A stretch of 64,000 bases of DNA, taken from a virus. The position numbers and the translations under genes were made by a program. The notes beneath the pieces are model-generated. The model worked only from the letters and a program-made list of their open reading frames with translations, had not been told where the DNA came from and did not search any database. Where the stretch lies: positions 32,001-96,000 of IMG/VR virus record IMGVR_UViG_3300046694_000196, one strand, 5' to 3'. This document shows positions 46,077-53,594 of this stretch, piece by piece (position 1 is the stretch's first letter; every line of letters begins with the position of its first letter).

Positions 46077-46114
46077 GTAGTCTCCTTTCAGATATTTATC
46101 AGAATGAGACCACT
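46077..46114 (-). promoter_or_regulatory. late promoter in loop of RBS-sequestering hairpin
   Basis: minus strand AGTGGTCTC-...GATAAATA...-GAGACTACT covering GGAG. Confidence 0.75.
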
Positions 46115-46148
46115 GTGATATCATAACGCTCACAAGAAGGAGTTTCAC

Positions 46149-47591
46149 ATGAGCATCATCAAGCACAACCTCATCCTGCAGTCCGACGCCTACAAGAACT
46201 CGCACCCGTTCATGGTCTCCAAGGACGTCGACGGGCTCACGTCATACATCGAGGCCCGCAAGGGCTGGACGGACGAGCTGGTCTTCTTCGGCCTGCAGGC
46301 GTTCATCCGCGAGTACCTCTCTAAGCCGATCACCGTCGAGGACGTGGCCGAGGCAGCCCGCTACGCGAAGTCCGCCGGCATCCCGTTCCACGGTGACATG
46401 TGGGAGCACGTGGTGTCGCGGCACGGCGGCTTCCTGCCGGTCCTCATCCAGGCGCTCCCGGAAGGCTCGGTAGTCGGACACGGCGTCCCCGTGGTGCAGG
46501 TCACCTCCACCGACGACAAGTACCCCGGCCTGGTCTCGGTCATTGAGACTGCCCTGCTGCGCGCAGTCTGGTACCCGTCTTCGGTGGCTTCCCTCTCGCG
46601 GGCGATCAAGAAGAACATGCAAGCTGCGATCTTGCGGACTTCTGACCTGGCTCCCGACCTGGCCCTGCCGTTCATGCTCAACGACTTCGGCGCCCGAGGC
46701 ACCTCTTCGGGGGAGTCGGCCGCGATCGGCGGGCTCGCTCACCTGGTCAACTTCATGGGCAGCGACACCCTCGAGGCGATAGGCGCTGCGGTGACCTACT
46801 ACGACCACAGCCTCGAGCGAGACGGCCCCGTCCTCCTCTCAGTGCCGGCGACCGAGCACTCGGTGACGACCATCAACGGCGAGGACGGCGAGTGTGACTT
46901 CATCGGGCGGGTCATCGACACGTTCACGGAGCAGGGCTTCCCGATCATCAGCACGGTCGCAGACAGCTACGACATGGACCGGTTCGTGACCGAGTACGTC
47001 GGCGGCGCCCTCAAGGACAAGGTACTGGCACGAGACGGCTGGCTAGTGGTGCGGCCTGACTCCGGCACCCCCTCCGAGGTGGTCCCGCGGGTGCTGGGCC
47101 AGCTCTGGGACTCCTTCGGGGGCACGGTCAACTCCAAGGGCTTCAGGGTCCTCGACCCGCACGTCCGTGTGATCCAGGGAGACGGCGTCAACTACGACAG
47201 CATCAACACCATCCTGTGGGCCGTCGAGCGCGAGGGTTACTCGGCCGAGAACGTGGTCTTCGGCATGGGCGGGCAGCTCCTGCAGGGAGTCATGAGGGAC
47301 GACCACTCCTGGGCCATGAAGACCAACGCCGTGCGACACCGCGGAGACGAGCACTGGAAGGACGTCCAGAAGCGCCCCAAGACAGACATGACGAAGGCGT
47401 CCAAGGCCGGCCGCCAGGCGGTCGTGTACCACGGCGGCGAGTTCCACTCCGTCCGCGAAGAGAACCTGCTCGTCGCGAACGCGGTCGGGCACCACGGGGC
47501 GTACAACTGGCTCGAGGACGTGTGGGACACCGGCGAGACTATCCGGACCACCACTTTCCAGGAAGTCAGGGACCGCGCTGCTCTCACTTAA
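46149..47591 (+). CDS. nadV: nicotinamide phosphoribosyltransferase
   Basis: SDAYKNSH, FFGLQAF, NDFGARG, PATEHS, DSYD, VRPDSG, VIQGDG, FGMGG. Confidence 0.96.
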   Translation: MSIIKHNLILQSDAYKNSHPFMVSKDVDGLTSYIEARKGWTDELVFFGLQAFIREYLSKPITVEDVAEAARYAKSAGIPFHGDMWEHVVSRHGGFLPVLIQALPEGSVVGHGVPVVQVTSTDDKYPGLVSVIETALLRAVWYPSSVASLSRAIKKNMQAAILRTSDLAPDLALPFMLNDFGARGTSSGESAAIGGLAHLVNFMGSDTLEAIGAAVTYYDHSLERDGPVLLSVPATEHSVTTINGEDGECDFIGRVIDTFTEQGFPIISTVADSYDMDRFVTEYVGGALKDKVLARDGWLVVRPDSGTPSEVVPRVLGQLWDSFGGTVNSKGFRVLDPHVRVIQGDGVNYDSINTILWAVEREGYSAENVVFGMGGQLLQGVMRDDHSWAMKTNAVRHRGDEHWKDVQKRPKTDMTKASKAGRQAVVYHGGEFHSVREENLLVANAVGHHGAYNWLEDVWDTGETIRTTTFQEVRDRAALT

Positions 47592-47758
47592 GCCATTGAG
47601 ATAGTTCTGATATCTCGTGAAACTGGTGAACGGATCACGAAAGAAGAGCGGGGGCCGATAGATTATCAGTCCTCGCGTTTTCGTTGAGAATTGCCTCTCC
47701 AGGCCATTGAGAACGTTACGCGATTTCTTTGAAAATCTCAAGAGTTCATCACTTTGAC

Positions 47759-47788
47759 GTTTACAAGGCATTCTCGACTTGATATACT
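47759..47788 (+). promoter_or_regulatory. early promoter
   Basis: GTTTACA-N17-TATACT. Confidence 0.8.
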
Positions 47789-47816
47789 GTTCTTGATCAA
47801 CGGAAAGGATCGAGAA

Positions 47817-48149
47817 ATGGAAAAGGTAGAAATCCTGGTAGAAGCCTACAACGACGATGAGCGGCACTGGAGCGGCGACTACGTCGCAAGGGTCATCTTG
47901 CTTGATGTCAATGAAGACGGTTCTAAGACCATCCGTGACATCCTAGAGATGGTCATGGACAGCGAGCTCAAGAACGCCCGCCGCGTCGCCGGCATCGCGC
48001 TCGGCCATACAGACGACAGGGAAGTAGTCATCTTGGGTGACTACGACTTCGGAAAGAAGAGCGCCCTGGTCTCACGCCTCGACGAGGCGGTCAAGCAGAC
48101 CGTCGCCGCCCGCAAGGTAAAGGACGCTCTCGATGCGGCTGCTAACTAA
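47817..48149 (+). CDS. hypothetical protein
   Basis: AAGGA RBS; 110 aa. Confidence 0.75.
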   Translation: MEKVEILVEAYNDDERHWSGDYVARVILLDVNEDGSKTIRDILEMVMDSELKNARRVAGIALGHTDDREVVILGDYDFGKKSALVSRLDEAVKQTVAARKVKDALDAAAN

Positions 48150-48420
48150 GGGCGAGGCCCTGAACTACGCCTGCCGCGTCCTGTCACTGGACCACGGTTT
48201 CTTCAGGATAGCGGGGAAGCACTCGACGTCCCTCTACTACACGAGGCGAGGGACGTCGCACAAGATACGCATCTCGGACCACGTAGACCCCTTCCGGAAC
48301 GACGACGTGCGGGCCGAGGTCATCATAGGCGACTCGACGATCGAGGCCGACGTGAAGTACCGCGTGGCGAAGGCCGTGGCCGAGTTCGCGGTCCGAGACA
48401 GGAACAGGGTGACTCGATGA
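48133..48420 (+). CDS. hypothetical protein
   Basis: 95 aa; KIRISDH. Confidence 0.7.
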   Translation: MRLLTKGEALNYACRVLSLDHGFFRIAGKHSTSLYYTRRGTSHKIRISDHVDPFRNDDVRAEVIIGDSTIEADVKYRVAKAVAEFAVRDRNRVTR

Positions 48421-48569
48421 AGAAGCTGAAGGATTTCTGGGTGAAGTACGACTTTTGGGTGATGTACCCCTTCGCGTGCGCCGCTGCTTTCGCCATCACT
48501 TACGGCTTCGCCCTGCTTGGGGAGCCTCGCTCTCTGTGGGTGATGCGTCTCCTGGGACTGCTGTCATGA
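48417..48569 (+). CDS. small membrane protein (50 aa, not in ORF track)
   Basis: ATGA overlaps both neighbours; hydrophobic. Confidence 0.6.
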   Translation: MKKLKDFWVKYDFWVMYPFACAAAFAITYGFALLGEPRSLWVMRLLGLLS

Positions 48570-48943
48570 GTGACTACGCGAGAGACGACTCGTTCGATTG
48601 CTTCGACCTGGTCTGGGACGCGGAGTACTCCGCGTGGGACCTCGTCCACCAGTCTACGGGCCAGCACTACTTTCCCGGAGAACTGCTGTTCCTGTTCACC
48701 GACTGCGCGGACTACGACTTCCTGCGCTTCCGTAAGAATTCCGCCGACTACGCGTTCAACGAGATGGGCGGCGAGTTCTACCGTGCGTGGCTCGTCAAGA
48801 TGCACGCCGCCTACGTGCTGTGGTTCGCGGAGACCAGACGCGTGGAGTACCTCGAACAGAACCCCGGCAAGGGGAAACAGGCCGAGAGGGCCTACGCGGA
48901 AGCGATGGCCGAGGCCGAGAATTTCTACAGGAGGATGAAGTGA
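48566..48943 (+). CDS. hypothetical protein
   Basis: 125 aa. Confidence 0.7.
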   Translation: MSDYARDDSFDCFDLVWDAEYSAWDLVHQSTGQHYFPGELLFLFTDCADYDFLRFRKNSADYAFNEMGGEFYRAWLVKMHAAYVLWFAETRRVEYLEQNPGKGKQAERAYAEAMAEAENFYRRMK

Positions 48944-49374
48944 CAGAACCCAAGAGACCCGGAGGGGACGCGGTCCTCTTCATCGTCATGAGGACGGACC
49001 TGAAGTCAATGGTTCCGGGCAAGGCCATCGCGCAGGGCTCACACGCCGCCAACGCGGCCGCTAAGCACGCCGAGGCCTCCGCGCCCGAGCTCTACCGTGC
49101 GTGGTCGACGTCCACCATGCAGCACTTCGGGACGGTCCTCGTGCTCGACGGCGGCAAGAGCATCGACGCGATCGAGGACCTCGTCGCGGAGGCCTCTGCC
49201 ATGTCCGCAGTCCGCGGCCAGGAAGCGGTCACGGGCATGGTCTTCGACCCGACCTACCCCGTCCGAGACGGCGAGGCGACGCACTACGTCCCGGTCACGA
49301 CCTGTGCCTACCTCATGTGCTACAGGGACAGCGAGGCGCACAAGGTCATCAAGCAACTGAAGCTTCACCCATGA
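48940..49374 (+). CDS. peptidyl-tRNA hydrolase PTH2-like protein
   Basis: IVMRTDL..M.PGKAIAQGSHA pattern. Confidence 0.7.
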   Translation: MTEPKRPGGDAVLFIVMRTDLKSMVPGKAIAQGSHAANAAAKHAEASAPELYRAWSTSTMQHFGTVLVLDGGKSIDAIEDLVAEASAMSAVRGQEAVTGMVFDPTYPVRDGEATHYVPVTTCAYLMCYRDSEAHKVIKQLKLHP

Positions 49375-49556
49375 GCATAGTGCAGTTTCTCGACAGGGGC
49401 TGGGAGGTCTACGACGAGGGCGTCCGGGTCACAGACATGCTCTGGGAGGCCGTCTTCGAGGAGGAGTCCCCATTCGAGGTCTACAGCAAGAGCCAGTGCG
49501 AGATGCTGGTGAAGTTCGTGCAGGACAACGACATCGACTACGCGAGGGTAGCATGA
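49371..49556 (+). CDS. hypothetical protein
   Basis: 61 aa. Confidence 0.6.
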   Translation: MSIVQFLDRGWEVYDEGVRVTDMLWEAVFEEESPFEVYSKSQCEMLVKFVQDNDIDYARVA

Positions 49557-49771
49557 AGGTAACAGATGTAGTAGGGAAAGACAAGGTATGCCGGTTCTCA
49601 CACTTCGTGAACAGCGAGCTGTGGTACGAGGCCGAGAACGGTTTCCTGTTCCCCGTGACCACTTACGACGCCGGGACGGCTCGCTTCAACGCCGAAGAGA
49701 AGAGCGTCCTGCTCATGCGGTGGGTCCGACAGCACCTCAAGAAAATCGAGGAAGCCCGTGAAGAAGTTTGA
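49553..49771 (+). CDS. conserved phage hypothetical protein
   Basis: LWYEAENGFLFPV...KSVLLMRWVR. Confidence 0.75.
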   Translation: MKVTDVVGKDKVCRFSHFVNSELWYEAENGFLFPVTTYDAGTARFNAEEKSVLLMRWVRQHLKKIEEAREEV

Positions 49772-50258
49772 CATAGACGAGGTCCGCGCCTTCATCGCGA
49801 AGCAGTCGCGCTCGACCAAGATATACATAGGGTGTGACTCCTACCGCTTCAAGCGGGAGGGCGTGTGGCACGCGCGGTACACGACCGTCTGCATCGTGCA
49901 CATCAACGGCAAGAACGGTTGCGCCATCTTCGGTGACATCGACACCGAGCGTGACTATGACCAGAAGAAGAACGCACCGCGCATGAGGATGATGAACGAG
50001 GTCTACCGTTCTGTCGGCATGTACCTGAAGCTCGCAGAGGTCATCGGAGACCGCGAGATGGAGCTCCACGTCGACATCAACCCCTCGAAGCTGCACGGCT
50101 CCAACGTGGCGTACGCCGAGGCCGCCGGGTACATCCGGGGCGTCACGGGCGTCACGCCTAAGTTCAAGCCTGAAGCATTGGCGTCGTCGTTCGGCGCGGA
50201 CCACTTCCGCACCTACGGCGGCAAGAAAGAGAAGGCCAAGGAGGCCGAGTTGTCATGA
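49758..50258 (+). CDS. YkuK/DUF458 RNase H-fold protein
   Basis: IYIGCDS, RMMNEV, ELHVDIN, ADH. Confidence 0.8.
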   Translation: MKKFDIDEVRAFIAKQSRSTKIYIGCDSYRFKREGVWHARYTTVCIVHINGKNGCAIFGDIDTERDYDQKKNAPRMRMMNEVYRSVGMYLKLAEVIGDREMELHVDINPSKLHGSNVAYAEAAGYIRGVTGVTPKFKPEALASSFGADHFRTYGGKKEKAKEAELS

Positions 50259-50479
50259 GCGCTGCGGCCTGGTACCTGATACTCAACCTGGGCTCGGTCT
50301 CGTCTGCAGTGATCGTGCCGCAGACGTACCCTGACGAAGACACGTGCCGGAGAGCGGCCATCATCGCTGTAGAGCGCTACAACACATCCACGAACACTGA
50401 CTCGATGTCGTACGTGAAGTACGCGTGCATACCCAACGCGGAGGCCGTCAAGAAAGAAATCGAGGACCTCCCGGAATAG
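50255..50479 (+). CDS. small secreted Cys-pair protein
   Basis: hydrophobic N-terminus, YPDEDTC...YAC. Confidence 0.65.
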   Translation: MSAAAWYLILNLGSVSSAVIVPQTYPDEDTCRRAAIIAVERYNTSTNTDSMSYVKYACIPNAEAVKKEIEDLPE

Positions 50480-50483
50480 ACGG

Positions 50484-50514
50484 TTGACAAACCGGTCGGA
50501 TCGTGGTATAAATA
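50484..50514 (+). promoter_or_regulatory. overlapping early and late promoter for the RNA cluster
   Basis: TTGACA 50484-89 and TATAAATA 50507-14. Confidence 0.8.
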
Positions 50515-50520
50515 TCACAC

Positions 50521-50837
50521 GATCAAGCGGGAAGCCGCTTGTCAACGAGAAATGACTCTCGACGCAGGTAGCCACAGGAAATATTATAGTGGTGAGGGGC
50601 GCCGGGAACGTACGCAGGGCCCGTCCTGGTACCGGAGACGTCCGGTCGCACAAACCAGGCATTTCTCGACTCTATACGCCTGCAGACCTCTCCGGACAGG
50701 AGAGTAGCTAACTCCGGGTCTAAGTGAAGCAAGAGACAACGCGTCATGTCTGGGTTCTACTCCCAGATGCTGATAACAGCGCGGCGCCATGCTGCCTTGT
50801 CTCCCTAGAACACGACGGTCTGCAGGCGTATAGAGTC
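50521..50837 (+). ncRNA. large structured non-coding RNA candidate
   Basis: 9-bp stem 50546-54/50660-68; perfect 21-bp stem 50668-88/50817-37; multiple internal hairpins. Confidence 0.6.
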
Positions 50838-50839
50838 AA

Positions 50840-50921
50840 GCACCCTTATCGTCCCCGCCTTCTAAGCGGTCGTTAACGACGTAGACGGAGTAGGCTGGTT
50901 CGAGTCCAGCAGGGTGCTCCA
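50840..50921 (+). ncRNA. atypical tRNA-Arg(UCU)-like RNA
   Basis: GCACCCT/AGGGTGC acceptor, TTCGAGT T-arm, CCA; CCGC-CTTCTAA-GCGG hairpin inside the D-stem. Confidence 0.75.
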
Positions 50922-50924
50922 CTA

Positions 50925-51030
50925 TTTCCGCTGGTGAGACTGCCGCGTACGGGCAAGTCACCGGTCTCGGGGCATAGAGGCCGGCTGCAGAGGCAGTCGC
51001 TGGTGCGAGTCCAGCCCGTTAAGGAAACCA
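50925..51030 (+). ncRNA. tRNA-like multi-hairpin RNA ending in T-arm and CCA
   Basis: TTTCC/GGAAA-CCA ends, GCTGG-TGCGAGT-CCAGC arm, three more hairpins. Confidence 0.5.
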
Positions 51031-51119
51031 TTTCTGATCGTGACGGGGAGCGCGCTAACGCCCTCGTCGCCTTTGCGCAGCAGGTCGCGGACTCCTTTAG
51101 CGGGGAGCCCTAGACCTGA

Positions 51120-51188
51120 GTCGGAATCGTCCAACTTGGATAGGACACTGCCGTCTAGGTGGAAACCAGGTTCAAATCCTGACCGACG
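51120..51188 (+). pseudogene. degenerate tRNA
   Basis: D-arm GTCC/GGAC and TTCAAAT T-loop present; 5-nt anticodon loop, weak acceptor, no CCA. Confidence 0.45.
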
Positions 51189-51201
51189 TCTGCAACAATT
51201 C

Positions 51202-51283
51202 GCGGCTGTGGTGTAACGGTAGCCACGCAAGGTCGAGAGCCTTGTTCTTCGGAGTGAGAGTTCGAGTCTCTCCAGCCGCACCA
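51202..51283 (+). tRNA. tRNA-Leu(GAG)
   Basis: GCGGCTG/CAGCCGC, CAAGG-TCGAGAG-CCTTG, variable arm, CCA. Confidence 0.88.
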
Positions 51284-51288
51284 AGTTT

Positions 51289-51375
51289 GATCGTGTCACC
51301 TTAGCGGCGATAGGTTCCGGCTCTTAACCGGATGATGAAAGTCCACCGTGGGTTCGAGTCCCACCGCGATCACCA
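51289..51375 (+). tRNA. tRNA-Lys(CTT) with long variable region
   Basis: GATCGTG/CGCGATC, TCCGG-CTCTTAA-CCGGA, CCA. Confidence 0.85.
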
Positions 51376-51398
51376 AATCCCTACACAATGGAGAAATC

Positions 51399-51920
51399 AT
51401 GACCACGAACTGGAATTCACCGATCGCTGAAGTGAACCCGACCGAGGGCAGGAAAGACTTCCTCCTGAACATCGGCGACGTGGTGCTGTACAACTACCTC
51501 GGGTACAAGCGGTACGACTCGTTCGACAAGTCGCGGTCCCTCGAAGTCATCGAGGTGTCTACGGGCCCCACGGGGAACGTCATCTTCCGCGGAAAGCAAC
51601 AGAAGAACGTCCGGTACAACACGAACGGCACAGCTCCAGCCGGGTGGCTCGAGACGCCGTTCCTGTCTTCGAAGTACTTCCGAGTGGTCACTCCCGCAGT
51701 GCCCGTAGAGTCGTTGAAGGGCTCACCTCAGCCCCTCCCGGTCGACACCCTGATCGTCGACGCGACCACCCTGAAGGTGCTGAAGGCCTGCAACAACATC
51801 AACCAGAAGAGTGAAGTCGAGGCCATCCTCCGCAGGGACATGAACCAGAAGCTGTTCGTGTTCGCGCGAGTCGCAGAAGTGTCGGTCGGCGAGCTGCCCG
51901 TGAAGTGGGACTGGAAATGA
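51399..51920 (+). CDS. hypothetical protein
   Basis: GGAG RBS; 173 aa. Confidence 0.75.
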   Translation: MTTNWNSPIAEVNPTEGRKDFLLNIGDVVLYNYLGYKRYDSFDKSRSLEVIEVSTGPTGNVIFRGKQQKNVRYNTNGTAPAGWLETPFLSSKYFRVVTPAVPVESLKGSPQPLPVDTLIVDATTLKVLKACNNINQKSEVEAILRRDMNQKLFVFARVAEVSVGELPVKWDWK

Positions 51921-52156
51921 GCCTCTTCCTCATACGTGACGTGCTGTCCGGGGAGTACCTGGACCAGAACACCGTCATGTTCGTGGCGGACCCTGAGAAG
52001 GCCCGCGCGAAGTTCAACTCTCGCCAAGCCGCCGAGAAGAAGATCGCGTTCGTAGTCAAGGAGAACACACGGTTCAACAGGTACTACGACTACGAGCGAA
52101 ACCCGGTGCAGTTCGAGCCCGTAGAATTCAGACTGGTGGAGGTGACTCATGAGTGA
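51917..52156 (+). CDS. hypothetical protein
   Basis: 79 aa. Confidence 0.7.
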   Translation: MSLFLIRDVLSGEYLDQNTVMFVADPEKARAKFNSRQAAEKKIAFVVKENTRFNRYYDYERNPVQFEPVEFRLVEVTHE

Positions 52157-52568
52157 GCTGCTCAAGACTATCAAGGCCGACTTCCTGGCAGCGCGCAAGG
52201 CGCGAGAAGCCTCGACCGCCTCTTTCCTCTCGGGGCTCGTGGGCACTATCGAGCAGGAGTTCGCGGGGAGAGCCACGGGCGACGCGACCGACGAGAAAGT
52301 CATCGCGGTCATCAAGCAGTTCCTCAAGAAGAACGAGGCGCTGCTGGCCATCGAGAACCTGCCGCAAAACGCGATCGACATGGTTGAGTTCGAGACCAGG
52401 ATCATCGAGAAGTACCTGCCGGTCCAGATGACCGAGGACAAGATACGCGAGGTCTTTACTGAGCTCGACGCGTCCAACCTGGGCCTCATGATGAAGCACC
52501 TCAAGGAGAACTTCGCGGGTCTCTACGACGGAGCACTGGCGTCGAAGGTCGCAAGGGAGTTCCTGTGA
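52149..52568 (+). CDS. GatB/YqeY domain protein
   Basis: IKADFLAARKAR..., E..IIEKYLPVQMTEDKI, LGLMMKHLK...YDGALAS. Confidence 0.88.
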   Translation: MSELLKTIKADFLAARKAREASTASFLSGLVGTIEQEFAGRATGDATDEKVIAVIKQFLKKNEALLAIENLPQNAIDMVEFETRIIEKYLPVQMTEDKIREVFTELDASNLGLMMKHLKENFAGLYDGALASKVAREFL

Positions 52569-52750
52569 AAGACACGTGGTTCACTATGAGGCCCGTGGGC
52601 GACGTCTTCATCGTCGAGTCACACGTCAGAAAGTTCTCGGCATTCGAGAAATGTGAGACGACTTACAAGAACTACGTCGGTACTTTCGCGAACAGGCTAG
52701 AAGCAGCCGAGGCTATAGACGCAGTGAAGAAACGCCTCGGCATCGGTTGA
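52565..52750 (+). CDS. hypothetical protein
   Basis: 61 aa. Confidence 0.6.
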   Translation: MKDTWFTMRPVGDVFIVESHVRKFSAFEKCETTYKNYVGTFANRLEAAEAIDAVKKRLGIG

Positions 52751-52775
52751 CGTCTCGGTGCTTTCTCGATAAATA
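52747..52775 (+). promoter_or_regulatory. early/late promoter upstream of tRNA-like pair
   Basis: TTGACG 52747-52 and GATAAATA 52768-75. Confidence 0.6.
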
Positions 52776-52784
52776 AATTTCTAT

Positions 52785-52866
52785 GCACATGTATCCGCCG
52801 GGCTTGCGAAGCTCGAGTCAGGTAACTGGATGGAAGATATGGGTTCGAGTCCCATCATGTGCTCCA
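52785..52866 (+). ncRNA. atypical tRNA-Arg(GCG)-like RNA
   Basis: GCACATG/CATGTGC, ATGGG-TTCGAGT-CCCAT, CCA; CGGGC-TTGCGAA-GCTCG hairpin inside ATCCG/TGGAT. Confidence 0.75.
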
Positions 52867-52867
52867 T

Positions 52868-52959
52868 GCACCCGTATCCCGCTGCGCTTCGAACGCAGAC
52901 AAAGGTAATCGGAAGTGGCCGCGAGGCTGATGCAGGTTCGAGTCCTGTCGGGTGCTCCA
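52868..52959 (+). ncRNA. atypical tRNA-Arg(UCG)-like RNA
   Basis: GCACCCG/CGGGTGC, GCAGG-TTCGAGT-CCTGT, CCA; CTGCG-CTTCGAA-CGCAG hairpin inside TCC/GGA. Confidence 0.75.
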
Positions 52960-52969
52960 AATTTTATCG

Positions 52970-52997
52970 TTGACACTCTTCTCATTCTTGATATTAT
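52970..52997 (+). promoter_or_regulatory. early promoter
   Basis: TTGACA-N16-TATTAT. Confidence 0.7.
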
Positions 52998-53017
52998 CGA
53001 AAGACAGTAATGGAAAT

Positions 53018-53338
53018 ATGGCTGAACGAGTGGTACACGAACGGGATATCATACCTGGCGACAGTCAACCTTCTCTACCTGGAGAGCCTCGTGAGGCTCC
53101 TCGGCTGAGGTACTTCGGAGACAGGATGCGGCACCTAGTGTGCGTGCCCTACTCCGTCGAGAACCTCCACGAGATGGCACGGGACCTGGGAGTAAAGGGG
53201 TGCTGGTACCACGCGAGGCCGCACCCGCACTACGACATGCCCAAGAGGGCGGTCGCGGAGTTGTCGGAGAGAGTCGAGATGGTCTCTCCGAGGGTAATCA
53301 TGAGGATCATACGGGATGCGCAACTCTCTGGTGATTGA
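53018..53338 (+). CDS. DUF4031-like protein
   Basis: HLVC...LHEMARDLG...WY...HYDMP. Confidence 0.7.
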   Translation: MAERVVHERDIIPGDSQPSLPGEPREAPRLRYFGDRMRHLVCVPYSVENLHEMARDLGVKGCWYHARPHPHYDMPKRAVAELSERVEMVSPRVIMRIIRDAQLSGD

Positions 53339-53525
53339 CCTCGAACGGTGGAACTCACTCAAGTCCCGCTACTTCGAGCTGGAAGCGATGCTGGACCTGA
53401 TAGTGATCACGGACGGGACGGACTCGTTCTTCGTGAAGAAGAACAGGTACACCGACGACGAGCTTGGACAGCGCTCCGGTTCTCTCGGAGAATACGTGAA
53501 GAAATACAGTGCCGGGTTAGTGTAG
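53316..53525 (+). CDS. hypothetical protein
   Basis: 69 aa; 3' end overlaps tRNA-His. Confidence 0.55.
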   Translation: MRNSLVIDLERWNSLKSRYFELEAMLDLIVITDGTDSFFVKKNRYTDDELGQRSGSLGEYVKKYSAGLV

Positions 53526-53587
53526 CTGGATGTGCAAGCGCCGTTGTGAACGGCGAAGAGTCGGTTCGATCCCGACACCCGGTTCCA
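53511..53587 (+). tRNA. tRNA-His(GTG), no G-1, U73
   Basis: GCCGGGT/ACCCGGT, CGCCG-TTGTGAA-CGGCG, T-CCA. Confidence 0.85.
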
Positions 53588-53594
53588 GTTTGTT

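Noticed and set aside
50546-50668. Minimal RNase P RNA (GTCCTGG...ACAAACCAGGCAT resembles P4/CR-V)
   Set aside because: CR-I (GAGGAAAGUCC) is not conserved, and only one hairpin separates the two P4 strands, far too little for the catalytic core.
50521-51120. tmRNA (one-piece or permuted)
   Set aside because: No GGGGC...CTCCACCA Ala-type acceptor with G3:U70 and no tag reading frame identified.
51148-51163. Amber-suppressor tRNA (CTA in the loop)
   Set aside because: A 7-nt loop centred on CTA leaves no paired stem; the element is degenerate, and TAG is used as a normal stop in the window.
50523-51299. Minus-strand ORFs over the RNA cluster, and ORFs across tRNAs at 52855 and 54160-54635
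   Set aside because: Antisense or shadow translations of structured RNA and tRNA sequence; no RBS or coding signature.
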